DNA of 64,000 bases from Patescibacteria group bacterium (GTDB lineage Bacteria; Patescibacteriota; Minisyncoccia; Phycocordibacterales; PALSA-1337): contig JAZKBV010000003.1 of NCBI GenBank assembly GCA_040388415.1, positions 47,571 to 111,570 on the forward strand. Direction: 5' to 3'. The notes below the pieces were generated by a model that worked only from the letters and a program-made list of their open reading frames with translations, had not been told where the DNA came from and did no database searches. A program made the translations under genes and the position numbers. How positions within the stretch are numbered: the stretch's first letter is position 1; each line of letters begins with the position of its first letter. Shown piece after piece: positions 46,763 to 57,127 of this stretch.

Positions 46763-47557
46763 ATGAAAAATGCAACGCAGGTCCGTAAATTACTGGTTGG
46801 CGACTTGATGCCAAAAGCGGTCACTGATGCAGAGAAGGAAATTCTTGCAACAGTGTTTGATCGTCTCATTGAAGCGCCCGATTGGGCAATTGTCCCGCAG
46901 ATAGTTGTCGAATTGGTTGATTCGACCGCTGATTCAGACTTGTCTGGGTCAATACCGACACGACGGTTGAAAAGCGGGGAATCGATAGAAAATATCTTGG
47001 AGGCACTGATCAATGCGTTTCCAGGACAAGCAGGAAACATGCCCGAAATCGTCCATTTGGCGATGAAAAATATTAACCAGGACAAAAATTTCAAGGATGA
47101 TCTTGGTCAGCATGCAGTCTTAATGACTTTTCTCTTCGAGCTTGCGGATTTTAATGTATTCAAGTTCGATAAGGTGACATTCGATAAACATCTCATTGAG
47201 TTTTTGGGAGAGGGGTTTACGAAGTGCTATTTTAGGAGGTCGCTGATATACAACAATCAGTCGGGTAAACTTTCGAATCATATTGCGAAATTCATCACGA
47301 ACGCTCAGATTTCGCTTAAGACAGACAAAGTAAGTAATCGTTGGGATTCTTTGTTGGGGTTACTGACTATTGCTAGACAGGCATTTCCTGACCACGCTCC
47401 AATGGGTGATGCGTCACTGGAGTATGCACTACTCAACGACTTGTGTTTCAAGATGTTTGGCACGCTATCGCCCATCAAGAAGCTTGATGTTGTTAATGGT
47501 TACTTTAATGCAACCAGTGCGCCAGTTGCTCCCTCGAATGAGCTTGTGACAAAATAA
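46763..47557 (+). CDS. Hypothetical protein (264 aa)
   Basis: Clean ORF, no recognisable motif. Confidence 0.45.
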   Translation: MKNATQVRKLLVGDLMPKAVTDAEKEILATVFDRLIEAPDWAIVPQIVVELVDSTADSDLSGSIPTRRLKSGESIENILEALINAFPGQAGNMPEIVHLAMKNINQDKNFKDDLGQHAVLMTFLFELADFNVFKFDKVTFDKHLIEFLGEGFTKCYFRRSLIYNNQSGKLSNHIAKFITNAQISLKTDKVSNRWDSLLGLLTIARQAFPDHAPMGDASLEYALLNDLCFKMFGTLSPIKKLDVVNGYFNATSAPVAPSNELVTK

Positions 47558-47570
47558 AAACTCCTTTCTC

Positions 47571-47607
47571 ACACCCACCCTGGTTCGCAGGAGTGGGTTT
47601 TTTTATT
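47571..47607 (+). terminator. Rho-independent terminator
   Basis: acccaccctg-gttcg-caggagtgggt + 7 T. Confidence 0.6.
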
Positions 47608-47636
47608 GTCTCAAATATGCTAAAGTGCCTGTTACT

Positions 47637-50195
47637 ATGTCTATTTTCAGCAAACTATTTGGGGGCGATCATACTGCATCGGTGAAGCGATTTGAGCCTA
47701 TGGTGGCCCAGATCAACGCTCTTGAACCTGTCATTCAAAAACTATCAGATACAGAGCTCAAAGAGAAAAGCTTTGGCTTTAGGAAGCGTCTCCAGGAAAC
47801 AAAAAATAGAGAAGAAGAAAATAAGATCCTCGAAGAAATCCTTCCCGAGGCTTTTGCACTTGTGCGCGAAGCGGGTCGTCGCACGCTCGGTCAGCGCCAT
47901 TTCGATGTGCAGCTTATCGGTGGTATGGTCCTCAACTCCGGTGGCATCGCTGAAATGCGTACCGGTGAAGGAAAGACGCTTGTCGCTACACTTCCTGCGT
48001 ATCTCAATGCGTTGTCAGGAAAGGGTGTGCATGTTGTCACAGTGAATGATTACCTTTCACGTCGTGACGCTGCGTGGATGGGTCAGATATATTACGCTCT
48101 CGGTTTGTCAGTAGCCGTCATCAACCACGAAAGCTCATTTGTATATGATCCTGCTCACACAACCAAAGAAGAAGATGAGAAAGAAGATGAGCTCGGTTCA
48201 TTCAAGATCGTTCATGAGTTCTTGCGCCCTGTCACACGCCGTGAGGCCTATGCTGCTGATATCACCTACGGTACGAACAACGAATTCGGCTTCGACTACC
48301 TCCGCGATAACCTCGAGTATGATCCTGCCAAGCTCCGCCAGCGCGAACCGAACTATGTTGTCGTGGATGAGATCGACTCTATTTTGATTGACGAAGCGCG
48401 TACACCACTCATCATCTCTGCACCTACTCGCGACGCTGAAAGTGTCTACAAGCAGTTTGCGTCGCTCACATCTTCATACAAGAAAGATGAAGATTTTACT
48501 GTTGATGAAAAGCGTAAAGCGATCCAGCTTCTCGGTCCAGGTATCGAAAAAGCTGAGAAGTCTCTCGGCATCACGAACCTTTATACAGATGCAGGTATCA
48601 AGTTCGTTCACCACCTCGAGACCGCCGTTCGCGCCAAGGCTCTCTACAGTAAGGATGTTGACTATGTGGTCAAGGATAATGAGATTGTGATCGTGGATAC
48701 ATTTACTGGTCGTCTCCAGCCGGGACGCCGTTGGTCAGAAGGTTTGCATCAGGCGATTGAAGCGAAAGAGGGCGTCAGTATTCAGCAAGAGTCACGCACT
48801 TATGCGTCGATCACCTTCCAAAACTTTTTCCGCATGTATCCAAAGCTTTCAGGTATGACAGGTACGGCATCGACTTCAAGCGAAGAATTTTTCAAAGTGT
48901 ATGGCCTTGCCGTCTATCAGGTTCCTACAAACAGGAAAGCGGTCCGTATCGACAGTCAAGATCAGATCTTCCAGACGGAGATCGGCAAGTTCAAGGCGAT
49001 CGCACGCAAGGTCAAAGAGCTTCATTCAAAAGGTCAGCCAGTTCTGATTGGTACGGTCTCTATCGAGAAAAACGAATTGCTCTCGCAGTTTTTGAAGAGC
49101 GAAGGCGTGCCTCATGAGATGCTCAATGCAAAGAACCATGAGCGCGAAGGTGAGATCGTCGCTCAGGCAGGTAAGAAGGGTGCAGTGACTATCGCTACCA
49201 ACATGGCGGGTCGCGGCGTTGACATCAAGCTCGGTGGCAACCCGAACACGCCTGTATTATATGAAGAGATAAAGACAGCAGGTGGACTCTTTGTTCTCGG
49301 TACTGAACGTCATGAAGCGCGTCGTATCGATGATCAGCTCCGTGGTCGTGCAGGACGTCAGGGTGATCCAGGTGAGACGCAGTTCTTCGTTTCTCTCGAG
49401 GATTCACTCATGCGCGTCTTTGCTTCTGATACGCTCAAGTCTATGATGGGTAAGCTCGGTGTCAAAGAAGATGAGCCGATCCAACACAGTATCATCTCAA
49501 AGTCTCTCGAAAATGCTCAAAAGAAGATCGAAGGATTCAACTTCGACTCGCGCAAGCATGTCTTGGAGTTTGATGATGTCATCAACAGTCAGCGTACGAG
49601 TATCTACAAGAAGCGTAGAGCATTGCTTCTTGGCTCAGTTGATGAAGTAGAAAAAGAATTGAATGAGATTTTGGGGGTGAATGATCAAGTATCAATAACC
49701 AATGACATAATAGCGACAAAGGAAATTGTCGATAAGAAAATAGCTGAATTCGGCCGCGAAGATTTCCTCAATGCTATTCGTATTGTTCTCCTACAAACGA
49801 TTGATATGTATTGGGTCGAGCACCTCGAAGTGATGGATTACACTCGTTCAAGTGTGAACCTACGTGCCTACGGTCAACGTGATCCGCTCATTGAATATAA
49901 GAAAGAAGGTTTAAGATTATTCCGCGAAATGAACACAGCTATCCGCGATCAATTCATCCGTATTCTGCCAAATATAGTTCCAGTCAATAAGAATGCTAAC
50001 AATCCAAATATAAAGGGCGTACAAGATGCCGAGTTCAAAGAGATTCACGAAAATGCCCAGGTGATCGGCGCTGGTGATGGTTCAAGTAAAGGCAACAACT
50101 CTCAAGTAAAAAGTGCTCCCGAGGTCGGAAGAAATGATCCTTGTCCATGCGGTTCAGGTAAGAAATACAAGAAGTGCCATGGGGTTGGTAAGTAA
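47637..50195 (+). CDS. secA: Preprotein translocase ATPase SecA
   Basis: DEAD motor motifs, C-terminal zinc finger [14 protein letters not shown]; ATG 47637 preferred over GTG 47625. Confidence 0.95.
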   Translation: MSIFSKLFGGDHTASVKRFEPMVAQINALEPVIQKLSDTELKEKSFGFRKRLQETKNREEENKILEEILPEAFALVREAGRRTLGQRHFDVQLIGGMVLNSGGIAEMRTGEGKTLVATLPAYLNALSGKGVHVVTVNDYLSRRDAAWMGQIYYALGLSVAVINHESSFVYDPAHTTKEEDEKEDELGSFKIVHEFLRPVTRREAYAADITYGTNNEFGFDYLRDNLEYDPAKLRQREPNYVVVDEIDSILIDEARTPLIISAPTRDAESVYKQFASLTSSYKKDEDFTVDEKRKAIQLLGPGIEKAEKSLGITNLYTDAGIKFVHHLETAVRAKALYSKDVDYVVKDNEIVIVDTFTGRLQPGRRWSEGLHQAIEAKEGVSIQQESRTYASITFQNFFRMYPKLSGMTGTASTSSEEFFKVYGLAVYQVPTNRKAVRIDSQDQIFQTEIGKFKAIARKVKELHSKGQPVLIGTVSIEKNELLSQFLKSEGVPHEMLNAKNHEREGEIVAQAGKKGAVTIATNMAGRGVDIKLGGNPNTPVLYEEIKTAGGLFVLGTERHEARRIDDQLRGRAGRQGDPGETQFFVSLEDSLMRVFASDTLKSMMGKLGVKEDEPIQHSIISKSLENAQKKIEGFNFDSRKHVLEFDDVINSQRTSIYKKRRALLLGSVDEVEKELNEILGVNDQVSITNDIIATKEIVDKKIAEFGREDFLNAIRIVLLQTIDMYWVEHLEVMDYTRSSVNLRAYGQRDPLIEYKKEGLRLFREMNTAIRDQFIRILPNIVPVNKNANNPNIKGVQDAEFKEIHENAQVIGAGDGSSKGNNSQVKSAPEVGRNDPCPCGSGKKYKKCHGVGK

Positions 50196-50202
50196 ATCAA
50201 TC

Positions 50203-50685
50203 ATGAAGCCTCGCAAACTCCTCACTCTCTGTCTCATCGTCAAAGATCATCGAGTACTGCTCGGGATGAAAAAGCGAGGTTTCGGCGAAGGGCACTGGAA
50301 TGGCTTTGGTGGGAAAGTTGAACCAGGTGAAGAGATTGAGTCTGCGGCGAAAAGGGAAGTCTTTGAAGAAGCTGGAGTGACGCTCTCATCGGCTGAAAAG
50401 ACTGGCGTACTTAATTTCGAATTCGAGAGCGATCCAGAGAAGCTTTTGGAAGTTCATGTCTTTAGGTCCGATGTTTTTACTGGTGAACCGATTGAGACAG
50501 AAGAAATGAGACCGCAGTGGTTCGCTTTCGATGAGATACCATACGATAAAATGTGGTCAGATGATGCGTACTGGCTGCCTCTCTTGTTGAAAGGGAAAAA
50601 ATTTGAGGGATATTTTCTTTTTGATAAGCCTTCAAGTGCTACGTATCAGGCAAAGATAGTTAGGCAGGAACTTACAGTTAAATAA
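50203..50685 (+). CDS. Nudix hydrolase, MTH1/NUDT1-like 8-oxo-dGTP diphosphatase
   Basis: LLGMKKRGFGEGHWNGFGGKVEPGEEIESAAKREVFEEAGV closely parallels MTH1 N-terminus and Nudix box. Confidence 0.75.
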   Translation: MKPRKLLTLCLIVKDHRVLLGMKKRGFGEGHWNGFGGKVEPGEEIESAAKREVFEEAGVTLSSAEKTGVLNFEFESDPEKLLEVHVFRSDVFTGEPIETEEMRPQWFAFDEIPYDKMWSDDAYWLPLLLKGKKFEGYFLFDKPSSATYQAKIVRQELTVK

Positions 50686-50686
50686 A

Positions 50687-50899
50687 ATGCTTAAACTTGG
50701 CGTATATAAACACTATAAAGGAAATGAGTACGAAGTGATTGGTTTTGCTAAGCATAGTGAAACTCTGGAAGACATCGTTATCTATCAAGCTCAATATGGA
50801 GACAAACAGACATGGGTTCGTCCGCTCAAGATGTTTACGGAAGTAGTCGAAGTGAACGGAAAGAAGGTGCCGAGATTTGCTTTCATTGGAGAAAAATAA
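50687..50899 (+). CDS. DUF1653 family protein
   Basis: YKHYKGNEYEV...VRP...VPRFAF. Confidence 0.65.
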   Translation: MLKLGVYKHYKGNEYEVIGFAKHSETLEDIVIYQAQYGDKQTWVRPLKMFTEVVEVNGKKVPRFAFIGEK

Positions 50900-51111
50900 T
50901 GAAAAAGAAAATAGAAAAATTGAAGGGCACGCTTTCCGTCGAACATCTGCATCATTTTCGTTGCGGTGCATGCGACAAGTGGTGGTCAATCGGTGATCCT
51001 TCTATCGCTTTGCCAGGCAAACAGTCGGCCACGAAAAGAGAATGGTTTTGTCCTTGGTGTGGAGAGAAGAATATCTTTGGTGATGGAACGGAGATTAAGA
51101 GGGAGTTTTAG
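50899..51111 (+). CDS. Small zinc-ribbon protein (CxxC...CxxC), hypothetical
   Basis: FRCGACDKWW ... FCPWCGEK; TAATG overlap with upstream. Confidence 0.4.
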   Translation: MKKKIEKLKGTLSVEHLHHFRCGACDKWWSIGDPSIALPGKQSATKREWFCPWCGEKNIFGDGTEIKREF

Positions 51112-51169
51112 GTAGAATGCCGCGTAAAACTTGAATAAAAGCCCAATTTATTGTACTATAGGTTCCCTA

Positions 51170-52189
51170 ATGGCATTCATCGACGAAATACAATTTCATG
51201 CGAAAGCAGGCCGTGGCGGAGACGGCGTTGTTCGTTGGCGCCATGAACGTGGAAAAGAGTTCTCTGGCGCGGCTGGCGGTAATGGTGGCAAAGGCGGTGA
51301 CATCTATGTTCGCGCTGTCCGCGATATCAATATTCTCGCACGCCACAAAGTCGTGAAGGAGTTCAAGTCACGCAGCGGCGATGAAGGTCAAAACTGGAGC
51401 CGTCAGGGAGCATCAGGCGAAGATTTCTATATCGAGCTTCCTATAGGCTCAGTCATCCGCAACCTTCAGACAGATCGTGTCGTTGAACTTGTCGAAGATG
51501 GTCAGGTCTCAAAGCTCCTTCATGGCGGTCGCGGCGGTGTCGGTAACGAGCATTTCAAAGCTTCAACGAACGTTACCCCTATGCAGTCGACTCCTGGCAT
51601 GCCCGGCGAAGAAGCTGACTTTGTCGTTGAGCTTAACCTCATTGCTGACGCTGGTCTCATCGGTCTCCCAAATGCGGGCAAGTCGAGTCTTTTGAATGCG
51701 CTCACTCGTGCCAATGCAAAAGTAGCGAGCTACGCCTTTACGACACTCGATCCAAACCTTGGCGCACTCGCCGGTGGATATGTCCTCGCTGATATTCCAG
51801 GTCTTATCGAAGGTGCGTCAGAAGGCAAAGGTCTCGGTCATAAGTTTTTGAAGCACGTGAAGCGCACCAAGATTCTCCTCCACCTCGTTTCTCTTGAAAA
51901 TAAAGCTCTCGTGGGCACCTATAAAACTGTCCGTAAGGAGCTTGAGAAGTACGGTCATGGACTCACAGATAAGAAGGAAATTTTGATATTAAGTAAGACT
52001 GATACAGTTACTGGTACACCTACTGAGATAGCAAAAAAGATCAAGGCCGCAAAAACTGCGCTCAAAAAGTACAATAAAAACATTTTGGAAGTCTCTATCC
52101 TCGATGATGCGTCGCTCAAGAAGCTCGCAGATCAGATCGTGGTGCTCATTCGTCAGCAACAGGCTGATGAAGCGAAGGTTACAGAGTAG
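51170..52189 (+). CDS. obg: GTPase Obg/CgtA
   Basis: Obg-fold glycine-rich N-domain (AKAGRGGDG, GGNGGKGGD), G1 GLPNAGKSSLL, G3 DIPGLIEGA. Confidence 0.9.
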   Translation: MAFIDEIQFHAKAGRGGDGVVRWRHERGKEFSGAAGGNGGKGGDIYVRAVRDINILARHKVVKEFKSRSGDEGQNWSRQGASGEDFYIELPIGSVIRNLQTDRVVELVEDGQVSKLLHGGRGGVGNEHFKASTNVTPMQSTPGMPGEEADFVVELNLIADAGLIGLPNAGKSSLLNALTRANAKVASYAFTTLDPNLGALAGGYVLADIPGLIEGASEGKGLGHKFLKHVKRTKILLHLVSLENKALVGTYKTVRKELEKYGHGLTDKKEILILSKTDTVTGTPTEIAKKIKAAKTALKKYNKNILEVSILDDASLKKLADQIVVLIRQQQADEAKVTE

Positions 52190-52256
52190 TTTGCATTCTA
52201 GTCTTTTTGGCGCTACAGTTATATTTCAGAACAACCTCTTTTGAGAAAGGAACGCT

Positions 52257-52541
52257 ATGAACAAAGTAACCTATGGGCTGGATACTATTATCCAGCACTT
52301 TCCTGAAATGCTTGACCAAGCTAAAGCAGGGCATGTTGTTGTTTCAAAAATTGTCACAGCCAAGGGGATACTGGTTGCACGCGTCGTGCATTTTCCAAAT
52401 ATTTCCCTTTTTTCGCCGGATGACTATTTGAAAAGACAAGTTGAAGCCCTTTTGTTGCATGATTGTGTTGGTCAAATTCGAATCAAGCGTCGCGGAGCAC
52501 ACGGAATTTCGTTTGTTGGTCGACCGCTAATACGCCTTTAG
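52257..52541 (+). CDS. Hypothetical small protein, weak Phd/YefM-antitoxin-like N-terminus
   Basis: 94 aa; no cognate toxin gene adjacent. Confidence 0.25.
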   Translation: MNKVTYGLDTIIQHFPEMLDQAKAGHVVVSKIVTAKGILVARVVHFPNISLFSPDDYLKRQVEALLLHDCVGQIRIKRRGAHGISFVGRPLIRL

Positions 52542-52547
52542 TCTCAC

Positions 52548-52573
52548 AGCGCCGGCATTATCGGCGCTTTTTA
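52548..52573 (+). terminator. Intrinsic terminator
   Basis: agcgccg-gcattat-cggcgct + tttt. Confidence 0.5.
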
Positions 52574-52575
52574 AT

Positions 52576-53427
52576 TTAGCGAGAACTATATTTCTTCAAG
52601 ATATTTGTCGCCATAGTCTCATAGAATCTCGGTAACTCCTCCAAGAATTCGGTTGAAGTAAAACAAGTCATTTTCCGGGCATGTGATATCGACAGGCGAG
52701 AGTGTCTGAGGATCTTTCGGGCCACACGAGGGGAGACCGTTGTGTCGAATGCTTTTCTGTATTCACGAACAGATCTACCTTTGCCAATAGCTTGTTCAAG
52801 CCATAGGGTGACGAGGGTATGCTGACCCTTTTTCATATCTTCCGGCCAATCGAGAGCGTCATCTGAGAGTTGGCGTGCACCGATGAAGTGATAGAAGTAT
52901 TTCTGGCATAGCCTGATGTGTTTTAGCTCTACTTGCATTTTCATCATTAAAGCTAGCAGCGGCACAGACGCAGCCGCTGATTTTAATATATACGGTGATC
53001 TTATTGTTGTTGAGCACATTTTAGAATTTGCGCATTCCATCATGCCGATTTTTCCGATCAGCTTGTTTTTTAGTTTTTTATTTAGGCGCAAACTGTGAAT
53101 CATCTCATCGACCATCGGTCGCAGAGTGGAAAATATAGCTAAGCTATCATGTTCAAACTTTTTTTCATCTCGTATTTCATCAAGCGCTGTCCACGCGGTC
53201 CATGCAACGATTCCTATAGCTACGCACGTTTTGTAATCAAGGTCGTGCTTATTTTTATGGGCAAAATATTTTTGTTCAAATGAGTCGTACGCAAGCTTCG
53301 GTAACAATATGATCGCTCGAAAGCCTTTTTTCTTAATTGTGTCCTTAAGATGTATTTCAACGCACTTCCATTGTTTCTCTGTAATAATATATGAGCTATT
53401 TTTAATACGATGTATCTCTGCTTTCAC
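52576..53427 (-). CDS. Isoprenoid-synthase-fold protein, squalene/phytoene synthase-like (two Asp-rich motifs)
   Basis: TALDEIRDE (DxxxD) and LSDDALDWPEDMKKGQ (second Asp-rich motif cf. NxxRDxxEDxxxGR); 283 aa; overlaps HK gene end by 26 nt. Confidence 0.35.
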   Translation of the reverse strand: MKAEIHRIKNSSYIITEKQWKCVEIHLKDTIKKKGFRAIILLPKLAYDSFEQKYFAHKNKHDLDYKTCVAIGIVAWTAWTALDEIRDEKKFEHDSLAIFSTLRPMVDEMIHSLRLNKKLKNKLIGKIGMMECANSKMCSTTIRSPYILKSAAASVPLLALMMKMQVELKHIRLCQKYFYHFIGARQLSDDALDWPEDMKKGQHTLVTLWLEQAIGKGRSVREYRKAFDTTVSPRVARKILRHSRLSISHARKMTCFTSTEFLEELPRFYETMATNILKKYSSR

Positions 53428-54892
53428 GTGTTGGTAAAGTGATTATGATTGAAGTGCCAAAACCCTTTTTGCTGACGACGTCAATGGTGCCGCCAAGCTC
53501 GCTTGTGATGATGGAGTGCGTGTTCATCAAGCCGATTCCTGTGCCGTGAGATTTTGTCGTCTTTGGATGAGTAAATAATCTTTTGACATGTTCGTCATCC
53601 ATACCGCATCCATTGTCTGATATTGTTATGCGCACCGCATCATGTAGATGCTCACCGTCAATATGAATAGTCTTTTCTACCCCAGCATCTTTGATCGCCT
53701 CGGCTGAAGCGCATGCATCGATCGCATTTGAAAGCAGATTGATCAGCATGTATTGAATGCGTAACGGGTTCGCGTCGATAGTTATCGACTCGCTGATATT
53801 CATCACGATACGCACATTATTTCGCCGAGCATTATACGCTATAACATCGTATGCCATATGCACCTTTTTGTTCAGGTTTGAGCATTTGTTCTCATGAAGC
53901 TGTATAGGCGATATGAGATTGTGTGCGCTTTCCATGAATGAGTTCATCCGTTGCGATGCTTGGAGCGTCTTGTTGATCATTGCTCGAGTTGCATCTATTG
54001 AATATTTTTCTGGATTATTACCAACCTCCTCCATGTATAAACTCATCGAAGTAAGAGGGTTCATCAAGTCATGAATGATACCTCTGGCAAGCTCGCCGAC
54101 TTTCACGACACGATCCATTTCAGCTAGTCTTTTTCGTTGGCTGGCGATAAGCTCCTCCGTGCGCTCACTGACCTTCTGTTCGAGAGTGTTTCGTTCTTTT
54201 TGGAGCAGACACTCAGATATCCTTGCTCTCTGCAATGATCTGTCGATCTCTCTGTTTGAAAGCCAAACAATAAAGCTGATGAACAAAAACATGACCGAAT
54301 AGGTGATGACATCAGTTACGCTTATCTCGTCGAGACGCCAGTCAGGCACATTGAGATGGATTGCTTCGTGAACACCAAGCACTGACAGGCTCAAAATCAT
54401 AATTCCTGCAGTTATAAATCCAAACGTTGAATTTATCAGTACACTTGCAATAGCGATCACGAGCACGGTCAACAATAGTGTTTCAGGCAAACTCGCGCCC
54501 CATTGCCATCCTGTATATATCGTCCCAACTGCATTTATGAACAAAAGTAGGGCAGTGGAGATCCTCCAATAACCTTTCTTTGAAAGATAAAGTAGTGTTG
54601 CGTACAAAATGATGATAAACGTAAAAAGCACGGGGCTCATGCCAGCGTATGCTTCTACTGTCGCAGCATTCCAATAGAGCGTAGCGCCGAGGGTACTCAA
54701 TGCACAAAGTGAAATAACGAGGATGACGTTCAGTATATACTCACGACGTCTGTCATCTTCATTTTTGGACAGTGGCTGAAGCACTCTTTTGAATCCTTTT
54801 GAACATATTATCAAACACAATGTCGCACGAGCCATCCACGCTCGTGCGACCATACCCATTTTCTTTACTGCCTGTACAAGAAAATAAGACAT
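53402..54892 (-). CDS. Sensor histidine kinase
   Basis: ~6 TM N-domain, HisKA (ELARGIIHDLMNPLT), HATPase_c (ISDNGCGMD ... GTGIGL). Confidence 0.85.
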   Translation of the reverse strand: MSYFLVQAVKKMGMVARAWMARATLCLIICSKGFKRVLQPLSKNEDDRRREYILNVILVISLCALSTLGATLYWNAATVEAYAGMSPVLFTFIIILYATLLYLSKKGYWRISTALLLFINAVGTIYTGWQWGASLPETLLLTVLVIAIASVLINSTFGFITAGIMILSLSVLGVHEAIHLNVPDWRLDEISVTDVITYSVMFLFISFIVWLSNREIDRSLQRARISECLLQKERNTLEQKVSERTEELIASQRKRLAEMDRVVKVGELARGIIHDLMNPLTSMSLYMEEVGNNPEKYSIDATRAMINKTLQASQRMNSFMESAHNLISPIQLHENKCSNLNKKVHMAYDVIAYNARRNNVRIVMNISESITIDANPLRIQYMLINLLSNAIDACASAEAIKDAGVEKTIHIDGEHLHDAVRITISDNGCGMDDEHVKRLFTHPKTTKSHGTGIGLMNTHSIITSELGGTIDVVSKKGFGTSIIITLPTRESRDTSY

Positions 54893-54901
54893 GTGTATGT
54901 G

Positions 54902-55129
54902 TTAGCTATTCCAGGGAGCGTAAGCTCCACCGTTCTGTTGACCGAGGGTTCGGGTACCCTGGTCAGTAGGTCTGCGCATCATTGGTGGTTTTGTCATCAT
55001 GTTAATAATAGTTATGTCGACACATAACTGGATACAGCATAACAAGTCAAGATAAAGAACTGATAAAAAAGTCTTCAAAAAGCGATAAAGTTCTGATAAA
55101 GGATTGATGAATTTTTCCAAAGTCACCAT
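54902..55129 (-). CDS. Possible small hydrophobic protein encoded between response regulator and kinase genes
   Basis: 75-aa ORF exactly filling RR-HK gap on same strand; hydrophobic segment FLSVLYLDLLCCIQLCVDITII; could be non-coding. Confidence 0.25.
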   Translation of the reverse strand: MVTLEKFINPLSELYRFLKTFLSVLYLDLLCCIQLCVDITIINMMTKPPMMRRPTDQGTRTLGQQNGGAYAPWNS

Positions 55130-55132
55130 CAG

Positions 55133-55828
55133 TTATTTTCTAAAGCGCGCCAGGTTCGCAGGAATATCCATCATGTACCCATGTCCCGGTACATTAGCTA
55201 TCAAATCTTTCTTTTTACCTGCGTTTATCTTTTTGCGTAAATTGCGGATGTGCGCCTCAACGGTATTTGAAAATGGGTCACTATCCGCTGTCCACACATG
55301 TTCCATAATAGTGCTTCTTGATAAAATAATACTTTGGTGCCTCATCATATACTCGAGTAGCGCAAATTCTTTCTTCGTTAAATGAATGTGTTTACCGCCT
55401 CGCTGTGCGCTATGGGAATTTGGCTCAAGGATCAAATCATCAATGATACGTTGATTACTTTGAACTGTGGGCGTACGACGAGCTACTGCCTTGATACGAG
55501 AACGCAGTTCGATGAATGAGAATGGTTTGACCATGTAATCGTCAGCTCCGCTATCAAGCGCCAGCACTTTTGTTTCTACTCCTCCGGTGACTGAGATAAA
55601 AATAATCGGCGTCATTTTTCCTGCACCTCGAATGTCGCTGCATACGGTCAATCCATTTTTTCCTGGCAAAGAATGATCGAGCAGGATGCAATCGTAATCA
55701 TAGTTTCTTCCGAGAAAAGATCCTTCATTCCCATTTGGCGCAATGTCGACGGCGTGAGTGTCAGCGCGAAGGCCAAGCGACAGGGCATCTGAGATGGAGG
55801 GATCGTCTTCAACAAGGAGAATTTTCAT
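55133..55828 (-). CDS. Response regulator, OmpR/PhoB family
   Basis: Receiver (MKILLVEDD ... DHSLPGKNG ... KPF) plus winged-helix trans_reg_C. Confidence 0.9.
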   Translation of the reverse strand: MKILLVEDDPSISDALSLGLRADTHAVDIAPNGNEGSFLGRNYDYDCILLDHSLPGKNGLTVCSDIRGAGKMTPIIFISVTGGVETKVLALDSGADDYMVKPFSFIELRSRIKAVARRTPTVQSNQRIIDDLILEPNSHSAQRGGKHIHLTKKEFALLEYMMRHQSIILSRSTIMEHVWTADSDPFSNTVEAHIRNLRKKINAGKKKDLIANVPGHGYMMDIPANLARFRK

Positions 55829-55857
55829 GGCGATAGTATATCAGGAAATTATTTCGA

Positions 55858-55886
55858 TTGACAAATGTTCCTGTGGAATATATGTT
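55858..55886 (+). promoter_or_regulatory. Promoter-like TTGACA-17-TATGTT in divergent intergenic region
   Basis: Followed by AAGGGA SD-like and ATG 55900. Confidence 0.35.
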
Positions 55887-55899
55887 GATAAGGGAATTT

Positions 55900-56298
55900 A
55901 TGACAACTAAAAATAATCTTAAACCACATGTGAATGTGGGTCGGATCAGTCACCCGCGAGCTTCATTGTTCATCGGTCTGCTTACTGCAGGCATTGTGAC
56001 CTTTCGTCGTGAGCCATATCTTCGCGAAGTAAGTCTTACCTGTCTTGAAGACCTTCACTTATCTGGCAAGCCGCCAGGGCAATATGTCGAACAGCTTGTG
56101 CTCATCATACCCGATCCGGTAGATGAGCGTCAGCTCACGTCGATCATGGAGGCGCTTTCGGTCAAGTTGTTTCCAAGTTCATCACCAAGTGCTTCAGGTG
56201 AATCTTGGCCACCACCACTCAAAAAACGCGTGCCACTGAAGTATCTTCCTGGACACAAACATCGTGTCGCAATCCACTCATCCCGCGCTCGTCGATAA
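55900..56298 (+). CDS. Hypothetical protein (132 aa)
   Basis: ATG with SD-like aaggga; no motif. Confidence 0.4.
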   Translation: MTTKNNLKPHVNVGRISHPRASLFIGLLTAGIVTFRREPYLREVSLTCLEDLHLSGKPPGQYVEQLVLIIPDPVDERQLTSIMEALSVKLFPSSSPSASGESWPPPLKKRVPLKYLPGHKHRVAIHSSRARR

Positions 56299-56325
56299 TG
56301 CCATTATCGACGGTGCGGTTTTTTA
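56290..56325 (+). terminator. Intrinsic terminator (perfect 11-bp palindrome + T-run)
   Basis: cgtcgataatg-c-cattatcgacg then gtgcggtttttta. Confidence 0.6.
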
Positions 56326-56350
56326 TTTGTATATGGTATAGAATATCCTC

Positions 56351-56602
56351 ATGACTCCCTTCAAAGAAAAAATCTTCAACATCGTCCGTAAAATTCCAAA
56401 AGGAAAAACAATGACTTACAAAGAAGTTGCCATCAAAGCTGGCAGACCTCAGGCTTTTCGTGCTGTCGGCAATATTTTGAATACGAACTATGACCCAAAG
56501 ATTCCTTGTCATCGTGTTGTTAGAAGCGATGGTAAAACTGGCGGATGGAACAGGGGGATGAAGCAGAAAGCTGAGTTACTCAAAAAAGAGAGGGGTAATT
56601 GA
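56351..56602 (+). CDS. MGMT-family protein (methylated-DNA-protein-cysteine methyltransferase DNA-binding/active-site domain only)
   Basis: AGRPQAFRAVGNILNTN...IPCHRVV active-site motif; 83 aa. Confidence 0.8.
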   Translation: MTPFKEKIFNIVRKIPKGKTMTYKEVAIKAGRPQAFRAVGNILNTNYDPKIPCHRVVRSDGKTGGWNRGMKQKAELLKKERGN

Positions 56603-56637
56603 CTCGTTTTTGATTAAGTTGTAGTGTGTGTTTAGAT

Positions 56638-57063
56638 ATGAAAAAACTCATCACAATAGATACTGTTACGTATGACCTTTACATCAAAACATTCGGACTC
56701 GAAGCAAACGCTCGTCTCGTCGAACACCTAGGTGCGCAAGACTTCGAGAATTACGTGGTTAGTCGTCGGCTTGGCGGCAAACCAATCGAACTTGTCTCGA
56801 TCACGAAAGACAAGCTTGAAGATTTCATCGAAACCAATAAGCGCGGAATTGTCTTCAAGTTCGACACCTATATTGGCAAACGCGGTGAACGCGATGTGTT
56901 CCCAGTTGTGGTCAGCGTGCTCAATAATGACACGACGTTCAAATCGGCATTTCAACAAGCGATTGACGTTCGTCTCGTCGCCTTCAAATTGGCATCAAAA
57001 CCGCCCAGTCGTGTCAAAATGGTGCACAAAAGAAAACTCGCATACACAGGCTCTACGCCCTAG
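56638..57063 (+). CDS. Hypothetical protein (141 aa)
   Basis: Clean ORF between MGMT and nuclease genes. Confidence 0.4.
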   Translation: MKKLITIDTVTYDLYIKTFGLEANARLVEHLGAQDFENYVVSRRLGGKPIELVSITKDKLEDFIETNKRGIVFKFDTYIGKRGERDVFPVVVSVLNNDTTFKSAFQQAIDVRLVAFKLASKPPSRVKMVHKRKLAYTGSTP

Positions 57064-57079
57064 TTGTTATTTCACTCAT

Positions 57080-57111
57080 GCCGTCATCCTTTGTTGGGTG
57101 GCGGCTTTTTT
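57080..57111 (+). terminator. Intrinsic terminator
   Basis: gccgucaucc-uuuguu-gggúggcggc (G.U-containing stem) + tttttt. Confidence 0.5.
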
Positions 57112-57127
57112 ATGTTAAAATACCCCC

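Noticed and set aside
51131-51169. TTG start for obg at 51131
   Set aside because: The conserved Obg N-terminus begins at the in-frame ATG at 51170 (MAFIDEI...). The extension adds a non-conserved leader.
54893-55132. Treating the RR-HK gap purely as non-coding regulatory DNA
   Set aside because: A same-strand 75-aa ORF fills it exactly, so it is reported as a low-confidence CDS. The inverted repeat CCAGGG...CCCTGG inside it could alternatively be an RNA structure.
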